Below, one piece after another: positions 9,601 to 17,792 of a stretch of 64,000 bases of DNA. Position numbers and translations under genes: made by a program. Location of the stretch: positions 37,695 through 101,694 of the IMG/VR virus record IMGVR_UViG_3300046048_000227, one strand, 5' to 3'. Within the stretch, counting starts at the first letter, position 1, and each line of letters opens with the position of its first letter. The notes under the pieces were generated by a model. The model was not told where the DNA came from and ran no database searches. It saw only the letters and a list, made by a program, of their open reading frames with translations. Source of the DNA: a virus.

Positions 9601-10885
9601 CGCACTAACAGGTCTTGGTACCATAACAGCTTACGGTACTGTTGGTGGTATAGTTACTGGTTCAGCTACTTTAGCTGGTACGGGCGCACTAACAGCTACA
9701 GCAATTTCTATAACTAATGGAACCGCTACCATAACTGGTCAAGGAACTTTAACAGCCACAGGTGATGTAGTAGAAGTAGTTGTATACGGCACAGTAACAA
9801 TGTCTGGGGCTGGAACACTAACTGCTACAAGCATAGCTATTTCCTTGGGCACAGCTACACTAAGCGGTGTAGGTATCCTTACAGCATATGGTACTGTTGG
9901 TGGGATTGTTTCTGGTACCGTAACATTATCAGGAAATGGTGCGCTAACAGCTATAGCTATAGCTATCTCCACAGGTACAGCTACTATAGCAGGTACTGGC
10001 ACATTAACTGCACACGCCAACATAGATGCAGTAGCTAGTGCTACCCTAACAGGTGCTGGTAGTCTAACAGCACATGCCAACATAGATGCCCTAGGAAAAG
10101 CAACTTTGTCTGGTATTGGTGCTATATCTTGTTACGGAGAGATAGCTGGACAAGCGTGGGGTAGGGCCATACTGTCTGGAACAGGAAATATCACTGCTTC
10201 TGCTAACATAGACGCAGTAGCTAGTGCCACACTTTCAGGTACTGGTACTTTGTCTGCCTCTGCTATAGCTATAAGCAGCGGAACAACCACACTAACTGGT
10301 AACGGTGCTTTAACGGCGACTGCAATAGCTATTTCCAGCAGCACAGCCACGTTATCAGGTGTTGGTACACTTACTGCTAGTGGTACAAACTTCTCCATAC
10401 TGTACGGTACTACTACATTCATAGGAACTGGATTACTTACTGCTGTTGGCATAGCAATAAGCAGTAGTTCAGCAATATTAACTGGTACTGGTACACTTAC
10501 TGCCTCTGGTATAGCTCTGTCCTATGGTACTGCTACACTTGTTGGTGCTGGCGATCTAACAACTTCTAGCATAGCTATATCCTACGGCACTGCTGTACTA
10601 ACAGGATTAGGGACTATTACAGCACACGCCACACTAAAAATGTGGGGTACTGCTACACTTTACGGTATTGGTAATCTGTATGTAACCATTACAGAATTTA
10701 TGTCAATACCTATCTACGCAGACGCCATAGTAAGCAACTTAATTAATAGATCAGCTAGGTTAAATTCCTTTATTGATGCTGACGCTGAAATGTCTGATGT
10801 AATTAACGTAGATAACGTTAAGGTTAACGATACGATTGTAGTAGATGCAGAGATCATGGAAGAAGACAAAGACATTTACTTCTAA
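6653..10885 (+). CDS. large fibre/appendage protein with GTATL repeats and two ConA/LamG-like domains
   Basis: Likely start ATG 6653 (TAATG coupling, MAQFGRPD); dozens of ~20-aa repeats; two copies of the RAKIWxxxEPxTW domain. Confidence 0.75.
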   Translation: MAQFGRPDADITTTNWGITPLFSKINEVSPSELDYITAVANATATAEVGLPDLDDPTSSSLHTIRFRARAEKTNKAALLTTSLVQGTTIIGSLVLDAEVDMTTSFASYSFTLTSGEADNITDYTDLRLRFEQTTATAGNFVEVSWAEFEIPDAIVIHTGTVTMSGTGALSSGSTVIPGTTKSGSTTLVGTGALSAAGIRIGTEAAINANAGRLFVLTDSNYVRARAYVETTHSDYEVNHTLQFSDITGAYIYRVYVRASDDWADSDKPTTAVEFAIDPVNGTINIYNITSGSRGASQDSDTFTANTNLKNLRIQCDGTTVRAKIWEGSEPATWNVSWSSAPTNNGVVQIGLWSTTGQHYVDLDDFDVDDVQGAVSGSVTMSGTGTLSASGIAISRGTATLTGTGALTTVGLAISNGTATLSGTGTLTAAGDKVAVIYTGTVTMSGSGVLTSVGIAISSGTVTFSGTGALTGIGIGIASSTATLAGIGTLASTSLAISNGTATLSGVGTLSAAGDVASVTSYGTVTMSGTGALSASAIATSFGTATLSGAGTLAAIGLAISLGTATLSGVGTLSAQGTVGGVVEGTVTMTGTGALSASAIAISNGTATLAGIGALDAIGIAIANGTATLSGAGALTAFATTFAVGKATLSGTGALSATAIAISTGTATLVGTGTLSASGTVGGVISGTVTLAGTGTITASAIAISSGTATLSGTGTLTATGDRVAAIHTGTVTMSGTGALSTFGLQLTNEIIIDGNRAKIAALAGHYGTLITKMDDQEQDYVTTYFLQFSDTDGAYVHRLFVRASADWAASDRPTTGIEFEFDNTDGSITIYNIVAGVRSASQDTGTFTNNTNLKRVKIENDGTTVRAKIWDDGSGEPGTWDVSWSSAPQNAGVTQAGLWCTTGWHSIHLDDFNVSYLAITGSVTMSGTGTLTASASTDAYATATLAGVGTLNAIGIAISSGTATLSGTGTITASSIAISNGTAALTGLGTITAYGTVGGIVTGSATLAGTGALTATAISITNGTATITGQGTLTATGDVVEVVVYGTVTMSGAGTLTATSIAISLGTATLSGVGILTAYGTVGGIVSGTVTLSGNGALTAIAIAISTGTATIAGTGTLTAHANIDAVASATLTGAGSLTAHANIDALGKATLSGIGAISCYGEIAGQAWGRAILSGTGNITASANIDAVASATLSGTGTLSASAIAISSGTTTLTGNGALTATAIAISSSTATLSGVGTLTASGTNFSILYGTTTFIGTGLLTAVGIAISSSSAILTGTGTLTASGIALSYGTATLVGAGDLTTSSIAISYGTAVLTGLGTITAHATLKMWGTATLYGIGNLYVTITEFMSIPIYADAIVSNLINRSARLNSFIDADAEMSDVINVDNVKVNDTIVVDAEIMEEDKDIYF

Positions 10886-10894
10886 AGGTGACAT

Positions 10895-11221
10895 ATGGTA
10901 GATAAAAGATCACAAGTACATGTAGGGGATGTAGGAAATGTTATATACCTTACAGTAAGGAATAGAGAAACTAAAGCAGCAATTGATATTTCTCAAGCTA
11001 CACTTATGGAAATTAATTTCTGGCTGCCTGGAGAAACATCTGCTATTAAGAAAACTGGTTCGTTTTATACAGACGGTTCTGACGGAGTAGTACAATATGC
11101 CATTGAAGCAGACATAACTCCTACTGCTGGTGTAATAGACTATGAACTTGAATTAACGCTTCCTAATAGGTTCTGGACTAGTGACCCTATACAATTATAC
11201 GTAAAAGAAAATTTGTCATAA
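10895..11221 (+). CDS. BppU N-terminal-like / Ig-like connector protein
   Basis: HVGD...IDIS.AT...DGSDGVVQY...AG...YELEL pattern typical of BppU-N-like domains. Confidence 0.55.
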   Translation: MVDKRSQVHVGDVGNVIYLTVRNRETKAAIDISQATLMEINFWLPGETSAIKKTGSFYTDGSDGVVQYAIEADITPTAGVIDYELELTLPNRFWTSDPIQLYVKENLS

Positions 11222-11241
11222 TTTAAAAAATGTGGTATAAT
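11213..11241 (+). promoter_or_regulatory. sigma70-type promoter for the tRNA cluster
   Basis: TTGTCA-17 nt-TATAAT with extended -10 (TGTGGTATAAT). Confidence 0.75.
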
Positions 11242-11251
11242 AAGTAATCAA

Positions 11252-11324
11252 GCGTTTATAGTGTTTAACGGTAGCATAACTGGCTTCCAACCAGCAGGTG
11301 AGAGTTCGACTCTCTCTAGACGCT
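11252..11324 (+). tRNA. tRNA-Gly (anticodon TCC)
   Basis: Acceptor GCGTTTA/TAGACGC, anticodon arm CTGG-CTTCCAA-CCAG, T arm GAGAG-TTCGACT-CTCTC, U73 discriminator. Confidence 0.85.
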
Positions 11325-11336
11325 CAGGAGAAAAGT

Positions 11337-11555
11337 ATGGCATTATACGAATATGAGTGTGAAACATGTGGGAACATAGATACTTTGTTTGTTCTATCAG
11401 AAGATCGTGATAACCCGCCACAAAAATGTCCTGTTTGTGGAGAAAGGGAGTATAGAAGGTTCTTTGCTACACCAAGTATAAAAATAAAAAACCCTGTTGT
11501 CCAAACAGGCAACTCTTCTGACGCTGTTATAAAAGAAAGAAGGAATGTTGAGTAA
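11337..11555 (+). CDS. FmdB-family zinc-ribbon protein
   Basis: MALYEYECETCG...CPVCG signature; AGGAG RBS before ATG 11337. Confidence 0.8.
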   Translation: MALYEYECETCGNIDTLFVLSEDRDNPPQKCPVCGEREYRRFFATPSIKIKNPVVQTGNSSDAVIKERRNVE

Positions 11556-11629
11556 GGAGGCGTAGTTTAACTGGTCAAAATATTTGGCTTACATCCAAGA
11601 GATGGGGTTCGAGTCCTCCGCCTCTACCA
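11556..11629 (+). tRNA. tRNA-Val (anticodon TAC), atypical 4-bp T stem
   Basis: Acceptor GGAGGCG/CGCCTCT, loop CTTACAT, GTTCGAGTC, encoded ACCA end. Confidence 0.7.
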
Positions 11630-11634
11630 GAATA

Positions 11635-11674
11635 CCCCTCCAGTCCACGGACATTAACCAGGAGGGGTTTATTT
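11635..11674 (+). terminator. probable intrinsic terminator after the tRNAs
   Basis: ACCCCTCC...GGAGGGGT stem followed by TTATTT. Confidence 0.5.
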
Positions 11675-11728
11675 CAAAAATAGGGCATCTATACACCCTA
11701 GAAAAATAATTCAACCACGAGGCTAAAA

Positions 11729-12013
11729 ATGGCTGCTACGATGAAGTCCGCAATTAGGCTGCTAACCACAAACCATAACGAGTTGGGATCATGGAAAGCA
11801 GTATCAGAAGAAATATACAATGGAAAGATACCACCAGGAACACTCTCTTCAATAGCTAAAGGAAGGGAGCCAAAGAATGAGCTACATAGAGAATTACTTG
11901 GTTTACCTGCTGCCTGTATAGCCTGCGGTAAAAAGAAAAAGAAGCTTACATTTAACAAATGGAGAGACCTACCAACTGCCTTGCTAAAGAAGGCTATAGA
12001 GAACAGGGGCTAG
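11729..12013 (+). CDS. hypothetical, possibly DNA-binding protein
   Basis: 94 aa with an HTH-like PGTLSSIAKG segment and CxxC. Confidence 0.5.
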   Translation: MAATMKSAIRLLTTNHNELGSWKAVSEEIYNGKIPPGTLSSIAKGREPKNELHRELLGLPAACIACGKKKKKLTFNKWRDLPTALLKKAIENRG

Positions 12014-12039
12014 TCAAACAGAACCTAATGTGGTATAAT
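12011..12039 (+). promoter_or_regulatory. sigma70-type promoter
   Basis: TAGTCA-17-TATAAT, TGTGG extension. Confidence 0.6.
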
Positions 12040-12081
12040 GGTTTTACAGCCGTTGTACCACTTTTTATTTATGAGGTAGCT

Positions 12082-12345
12082 ATGACCAATATGTACGCTT
12101 TGACATATACACATTCTATAAGTAAAGATAGGGAAAGACTTAAAGTGTTTACTGTAGTTAAGATATCCCCAAATCAGAGGGAAGGAAATACTGTTTGGGA
12201 TTTCTTCCCTCCAACATTTGAAGGGCATACTTTGTACAACGTAATGTCAGGTAGCATGGGATACACCTTAATTTTAGACGGTACAGCTTTAAGGGAGCCT
12301 ACTATGGAGGAAAGAGCCAATGCCACCAGCGTCCAATCCCTTTAA
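12082..12345 (+). CDS. hypothetical protein
   Basis: GAGGT RBS before ATG 12082 (MTNMYA...), downstream of the promoter. Confidence 0.55.
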   Translation: MTNMYALTYTHSISKDRERLKVFTVVKISPNQREGNTVWDFFPPTFEGHTLYNVMSGSMGYTLILDGTALREPTMEERANATSVQSL

Positions 12346-12688
12346 TTCCCGCTACTACCTAGTCTTAGAGCTTCCGTTTGATAAGCTACTAGTATTTAAA
12401 AAGATTTTCTCCAGCCTAGATGACGCTGAAGAAGTTCTTGACGAGCTACCCTGGTTCTCTTTATGGGATCAACAAAAGTATGAAAACTGTAGTAGCCAAA
12501 AAATACTAATACCACTTAAAAATATGGACAGTAAGGCAAATGAGTATAAAATTGCAGTAAACTTTACTGTAGCAGTACAAGCTAGAGACCCTTATACAGC
12601 ACACAGAACAGTACGTAACACACTAAAGAAACAACTAGACGCTAAAGACGTAACAACCTATATAGAAAAAACAGAGGAGTTACTATAA
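12320..12688 (+). CDS. hypothetical protein
   Basis: 122-aa ORF with GGAGG upstream. Confidence 0.55.
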   Translation: MPPASNPFNSRYYLVLELPFDKLLVFKKIFSSLDDAEEVLDELPWFSLWDQQKYENCSSQKILIPLKNMDSKANEYKIAVNFTVAVQARDPYTAHRTVRNTLKKQLDAKDVTTYIEKTEELL

Positions 12689-12909
12689 TGCCAGCCGTTG
12701 GATTTGTTTTGGTGTCAAGTCTAAACTTAGACAAAAGGATTACTGAACAAGTAAAGAGATGCGAAAGCTACTACGGGTTCACACCAAAATTTATGCTTTA
12801 CTCACCAAATCTACAAAATCAATTGCCAACAGTAGTGGGGATCAGGAGATATGTAGACAGTGACCTATCACCTTCTATGATAGTCTTATCAGATTCTAAA
12901 AATTTCTAA
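12688..12909 (+). CDS. hypothetical protein
   Basis: 73-aa ORF, GAGGAG RBS, coupled start. Confidence 0.55.
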   Translation: MPAVGFVLVSSLNLDKRITEQVKRCESYYGFTPKFMLYSPNLQNQLPTVVGIRRYVDSDLSPSMIVLSDSKNF

Positions 12910-12916
12910 ATTGCCC

Positions 12917-12945
12917 TAGCCAAACGCCTAAAAGTGTGGTAAAAT
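12917..12945 (+). promoter_or_regulatory. sigma70-type promoter for the replication genes
   Basis: TAGCCA-17-TAAAAT with TGTGG extension. Confidence 0.55.
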
Positions 12946-12975
12946 AGGGGTACCTTAGTTACGGAGAAAACCTCT

Positions 12976-13452
12976 ATGAAGTGCCCACACTGCGGAAAAG
13001 ATATATGTAAACTCAATTACAAAGAGTGTATTGAGTGTGGTAAAACTATTGTTGAGTTTGAAGGTTACTACTTCAAATCCTCTCCAATAATTGCAATCCT
13101 TGAACACTTTGAAAAATTAGTATCTAGGCACTTAAGTAAAGAAACCAACGAAAAAATAATCTTTAGAGTTAAAAGAAAAGGTCTCATGTGGCGGTATGAA
13201 TGTGCTAGGGCTAAGCAACTGTTAGCAGAAGCAGACTACGATCTTGACCTACTACTTGAAACACTAACTTATTTGTCTGAAAGCAATAAATATTCCTGGA
13301 GATTTAAAGATACCCTTGGTGCCGTCCTGCCTATGATAAATGCAGGCATATCTATTATCAAATCCAAACGGGATAGAGAGGCACTGAAAGAAGAGAAGGC
13401 TAAAGTATTTGACAGCTACCTAGATGAGAGAGGCGATATATTAAATGTTTGA
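12976..13452 (+). CDS. hypothetical protein with N-terminal Cys zinc finger
   Basis: CPHC...CIECG; directly upstream of the polymerase. Confidence 0.65.
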   Translation: MKCPHCGKDICKLNYKECIECGKTIVEFEGYYFKSSPIIAILEHFEKLVSRHLSKETNEKIIFRVKRKGLMWRYECARAKQLLAEADYDLDLLLETLTYLSESNKYSWRFKDTLGAVLPMINAGISIIKSKRDREALKEEKAKVFDSYLDERGDILNV

Positions 13453-15271
13453 TGATTTCTCTATACCAGACTTTCCGCATACTATAATCACAGACCCAGA
13501 CAAAGTTAGTGAACAGTTCATCCAAAAGGTAGGAAGGCAACCACTCCTATCTTTTGACTTTGAAACTACTGGACTACACTTTAAAAAACATAAAGCTGCG
13601 GGAATAGCTATAGCTAATCAAGAGCACGCTTGGTACATACACGATAAGGCTATGCACCAGCTAACGCCGTGGTTGAAAGATAATTTTGTTGACTCAAACA
13701 TAACATGGGCGGCACACAATTCAATCTTTGATATGCACTTTCTTAAAAATGATTTTAATGTACTGCCTGCTTCGCTAGTAGATACACAGCTTGCCCAGTG
13801 GATGTTAAACGAAGAAGACTCACTTGCCTTGAAAGAAGTTTCCAAGTTCAAACTTGGGATCACTGAAAACTTACCTTCCTTTAGAGACCTACAAAAACAT
13901 GCTAAAGAACTACGGGATATTAAAAAAATTGATGATGTATCTATTTTTGATATTCCAGTAGAAATGCTAGGAATATACGCCGCATTTGACGGAAGACTAA
14001 CCTTTGACTTATGGAATAAATTAGAAGGCGAGTTAGAAGCTGAAGGACTAAGAGAAGTCTATGATGAAAACATTATACCGTTTACCTATGTTCTCCTAGA
14101 CATGGAAGATCGTGGTGCTTACATAGATCGTGATAGAGTAATAGAACTTAAGGATCAGTACGAGGAAATAGCCGATGATCTTTTAACAAAATGGAAAAAG
14201 AAAGTAGGCGACGTTAATCCAAACTCTCCCCAACAGCTAAGGGAACTCCTGTACACTCAAATGAACTTGAGAACAAGCAGGAAAACCAAGAAAACAAAGC
14301 TTCCCTCAACAGACTCTCTCGCCTTACTGCGCCTTAAAAGAAATGATAAAACAGGTATTGTATCTTTGCTAATAGAGTACAAAGAATATAACAAACTAAT
14401 AAGTACGTACCTAACACCACTGCTAAACAAAACTATTGACAACTATATATATACTAACTTCAAACAAACTGGCACTGTAACAGGGCGACTTAGTTCTAGT
14501 GGTGATATCAATCTACAAAACATTCCTAGCCGTACAGAAATAGGAAAAGAAATCAGATCATGTTTTATCGCTCCGCCAGGAAGATCATTATTGGTTACAG
14601 ACTATTCGCAAATTGAACTACGAATTTTAGCACACTATACTAGAGATGAAAATCTAGTAAGAGTATTCTACTGGGGAGAAGACCCGCACCAATTAACAGC
14701 TAACAAAATGGGAGTACCTAGATACGTTGGCAAAACTCTTAACTTTGGTATTATCTATGGAGCACAAGCACGGACAATAGCTGATCAGATTGAGAAAATT
14801 CCTAAGCCAAGACCTAAAGAATCTGTAGCAAGGAAATGGTTATTAGACTTTGAAAAAATTATCTACCCTTCAATCCCTAAATGGAAAAAGACTGTTATAA
14901 ATACCGCTATTCAGCAAGGGTACATAACTACGATTGGGGACAGGCACAGACACGTAACTAACCTGGATCATTATGATGAGTACACTAGAGGACGGGCAGA
15001 AAGACAGACTATTAACAGCTTAATTCAGGGCAGTGCAGGAGATTTTATTAACCAGTCAATGTTATCATCTAGCAACACTGCTAAAGAACTGGATATTTGG
15101 TACCACATTCAGGTACACGATGAACTGGTTACAACCTGCCCAACAGAATTGCTAGATGAAGCTAGCAGATTTATGCAAACCAGCATGGAGTCTATGAGAG
15201 AAGTATTCAACCTATCAGTTCCTATTTTAGCACAGCCTGCTACAGGCGCAAACTGGATGGAGTGCAAATGA
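13445..15271 (+). CDS. polA: DNA polymerase family A (3'-5' exonuclease + polymerase)
   Basis: Exo motifs DFETTG, HNSIFD, YAAFD; polymerase motifs TGRLSS, DYSQIELR, KTLNFGIIYG, QVHDEL. Confidence 0.95.
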   Translation: MFDDFSIPDFPHTIITDPDKVSEQFIQKVGRQPLLSFDFETTGLHFKKHKAAGIAIANQEHAWYIHDKAMHQLTPWLKDNFVDSNITWAAHNSIFDMHFLKNDFNVLPASLVDTQLAQWMLNEEDSLALKEVSKFKLGITENLPSFRDLQKHAKELRDIKKIDDVSIFDIPVEMLGIYAAFDGRLTFDLWNKLEGELEAEGLREVYDENIIPFTYVLLDMEDRGAYIDRDRVIELKDQYEEIADDLLTKWKKKVGDVNPNSPQQLRELLYTQMNLRTSRKTKKTKLPSTDSLALLRLKRNDKTGIVSLLIEYKEYNKLISTYLTPLLNKTIDNYIYTNFKQTGTVTGRLSSSGDINLQNIPSRTEIGKEIRSCFIAPPGRSLLVTDYSQIELRILAHYTRDENLVRVFYWGEDPHQLTANKMGVPRYVGKTLNFGIIYGAQARTIADQIEKIPKPRPKESVARKWLLDFEKIIYPSIPKWKKTVINTAIQQGYITTIGDRHRHVTNLDHYDEYTRGRAERQTINSLIQGSAGDFINQSMLSSSNTAKELDIWYHIQVHDELVTTCPTELLDEASRFMQTSMESMREVFNLSVPILAQPATGANWMECK

Positions 15272-16257
15272 CAGAGTACGATCCAACAATTAGTTCCCTT
15301 CTTGATTTAGCTCAAGTACGATGGGAAAACAGGGAAGAGAACAGAGACCTTTTAGTTAGGTGGGGTATCCCATTCTTAGATAAAAGACTGTTCGGTATAA
15401 ACACTGTTGACGGTGAATTAATATTAATAATTGGAGAAGAAAAACAACGCAAAACTACTCTAGTGATTAACACAATAGTAAACATAATGACAGCAGAGAA
15501 ACCAGAAGTAAAACCGCACACAGTTATAGACACACTAGAAAGCGGTATGCCTCCAGGCAGATACACAGATCAGCTTGTTAGCAACCTAGCTTCCAGGTAC
15601 CTAATGGAGATTGACCACATACCAGCATCCATGGGCAAGTGCCAAGTTTGCGGGGATTTCTGTAAAGAATTACGGTTATCACCAGAACATTTAAACTACC
15701 TACCACTGTCCTCGCAACAAAGAGTAGCAGTAACCAAAGCTGTAGCTCACATGAAAGAGTGGCCCGTAGATATATGGGGTGCTGGAATGAACCAAGGCGA
15801 CACTAGAAACCTAAAGAATACTGTTGGCGATCTTGATCAGGAGTCTAGGTGGATATGGTCAGCAGAAAACAAAGGCAGTAAGATTTTTGTGATAGACCAC
15901 GTTCAACAATACAGGTTTGATGACATTGTTAACTCAGACTACGAAAAACTTATCAGAGCGGTAAACTCTATTGGCTCTTTCGTAGCCGCATACAAGACAG
16001 CAGTGTTCTTAGTGTCACAAATTTCTATGTGGTCTATGAGAGAGGCTAAAGCTGGAGGAAAAGCTAAAGCGTCTGGAGGAAAAAAACCACACGAGGAAGC
16101 TAACGTTATCATTAAGTCGTCTTATGAGGACAACTCTGGTCAGCTTGGCGTATCTCTAGAGGACAGCAGGAAAAGTGGTTCAGGGTTCCAGCATTTAATT
16201 ATTGATGATATCTCTGGAGCAATAGTACCTAATAAGGATAACAACCCATATGAGTAA
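15268..16257 (+). CDS. DnaB/RecA-fold ATPase, putative replicative helicase with deviant Walker A
   Basis: LILIIGEEKQRKTT (Walker A-like), IFVIDHVQ (Walker B), LVSQ motif. Confidence 0.65.
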   Translation: MTEYDPTISSLLDLAQVRWENREENRDLLVRWGIPFLDKRLFGINTVDGELILIIGEEKQRKTTLVINTIVNIMTAEKPEVKPHTVIDTLESGMPPGRYTDQLVSNLASRYLMEIDHIPASMGKCQVCGDFCKELRLSPEHLNYLPLSSQQRVAVTKAVAHMKEWPVDIWGAGMNQGDTRNLKNTVGDLDQESRWIWSAENKGSKIFVIDHVQQYRFDDIVNSDYEKLIRAVNSIGSFVAAYKTAVFLVSQISMWSMREAKAGGKAKASGGKKPHEEANVIIKSSYEDNSGQLGVSLEDSRKSGSGFQHLIIDDISGAIVPNKDNNPYE

Positions 16258-16675
16258 CAAAAAAACAACCAACGAACTACTAATATCTATTAACGATAAC
16301 CTTGGTCTACTGTCTGAGGCACAAGAAGACTTCACTAAAAAGTATCAAGTTAGCCCTATCAGTCATGATGAAAGTATAGCCGCTTTTAGGCGCAGACTTA
16401 AAATTAAACAGATCACGGAGGGCAAGAAACTAGCTGCGTATAACAGAGTACTCTCTAACTGCACGCAAGATACTGTAGAACAGTGCAGGTGTGGGGAAAA
16501 GCACATGGGAATAAAGTTTACTGACGAGTATGGAACAGTGCTTGAAGAAAATATGTGCCCCAGAACATGGTACATAAAACTTGTGAGAATGGCACTTGAG
16601 GAAGGGCACGGCACAAAATTTACAAAAACTAACCCGATCAAAGGGTTCATGAGGTACTATAAAAATGGAAAATAA
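16250..16675 (+). CDS. hypothetical protein
   Basis: 141-aa ORF overlapping its neighbours in the operon. Confidence 0.6.
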   Translation: MSNKKTTNELLISINDNLGLLSEAQEDFTKKYQVSPISHDESIAAFRRRLKIKQITEGKKLAAYNRVLSNCTQDTVEQCRCGEKHMGIKFTDEYGTVLEENMCPRTWYIKLVRMALEEGHGTKFTKTNPIKGFMRYYKNGK

Positions 16676-17744
16676 ACTAGTAAACGAACTAAGCATAACC
16701 TTTACTGAAAACCCAGAGCAAGAAGTCCTTCGCTTAGGCAACGAACTTAAACTTAAGAACATAGTAGAGCAACTGAACTCCGGTAAAGCTCTCTCCGAAA
16801 CGTTTAAGGAAGACATTAAAGACTTGTTATGGATAATTACTGATCTATTTACTACGTCACTGCCTATCCTTGATAGTTCTCCAGAAGAAACTTTAAGGAA
16901 AGCAAGCAGAGACGTTAACCTATCAAGACTTCTTAGGGAGAGGGGCATGGCTAGGCTGTACCTATTATCCCAAAGCAAGAAAACGATAGAAGTTTATGAT
17001 GAACAAAACCAACTTGTGCAAAACATTAAAGTAAACGTGTTCCAAACTATTAAAGACCCTTACTCTGGCGATCCATTTAAGACACAGCAAGACTTTCTAG
17101 CTTGGTTCTGTAAGGACGCCAAGGTATCTAGAGCACTGGTGTTTATCAGATTTGGCACCTACCTAAAACTAACTACTGCTCTTGGCTATACACTAGAAGA
17201 GGCATTCAACATAATTATAACTAAACCAACAGTAATTAAAGACGCCCTTGAAGGTATTGGACAGTGGGAGAAAGGCAGACTTCTTGGGATTAACCCAGAC
17301 ATAGCAAAGAACTTGGTGCACAATATCCTACCTGTTGGTGATGAGCTACGAGAACAGATAGAATGCCTAGCTGACGATGTAATAGATGCCCACAACAGGG
17401 GAGATGAAGAGGAGGAGTATAGACTAGCTGACGAACTAGCCAACATGTCTGTTCCAGCAATTAGAAAACTTATTGAAGAGCTTGCTACGCACGAAAGCGT
17501 AAGGGATGCAACTAAGTTGGTAAAGAATGACATACTTAAATCACCAGAGATTGGCTATTGGTGGGATGACTACTTAGTAGGGATCAAAGTAGAACTTATA
17601 GTTAAAGGTGTTGATGAGAATGGTACAGAAAGGATCAACGATATCTATACTGTAACATTACTACCAGACAGTAAAGAAAAACTACCAGAAGAAATAGTTA
17701 AAGACCTTAGCAAAAGACTTTCTATTAGAAACTCCCTTGACTAA
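16665..17744 (+). CDS. hypothetical protein
   Basis: 359-aa ORF with no motif recognised. Confidence 0.7.
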   Translation: MENKLVNELSITFTENPEQEVLRLGNELKLKNIVEQLNSGKALSETFKEDIKDLLWIITDLFTTSLPILDSSPEETLRKASRDVNLSRLLRERGMARLYLLSQSKKTIEVYDEQNQLVQNIKVNVFQTIKDPYSGDPFKTQQDFLAWFCKDAKVSRALVFIRFGTYLKLTTALGYTLEEAFNIIITKPTVIKDALEGIGQWEKGRLLGINPDIAKNLVHNILPVGDELREQIECLADDVIDAHNRGDEEEEYRLADELANMSVPAIRKLIEELATHESVRDATKLVKNDILKSPEIGYWWDDYLVGIKVELIVKGVDENGTERINDIYTVTLLPDSKEKLPEEIVKDLSKRLSIRNSLD

Positions 17745-17765
17745 GGCACAAGTTTGTAGTATAAT
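17737..17765 (+). promoter_or_regulatory. sigma70-type promoter for ERF
   Basis: TTGACT-17-TATAAT. Confidence 0.7.
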
Positions 17766-17792
17766 TAACTAATAAAGAACAGGAGGATTTAA

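Noticed and set aside
5120-10452. Many minus-strand ORFs rich in VPVP/AVAV opposite the repeat genes
   Set aside because: Antisense shadows of the Gly/Thr/Ala repeat codons; no RBS or independent signal.
4980-10680. Periodic ~60-nt DNA repeats resembling a CRISPR array or VNTR
   Set aside because: The repeats are degenerate at third codon positions, have no unique spacers and are explained by protein repeats; no cas genes.
11298-11336. Listed GTG start of the 85-aa ORF
   Set aside because: It lies inside tRNA-Gly; ATG 11337 has an RBS and gives the canonical FmdB N-terminus.
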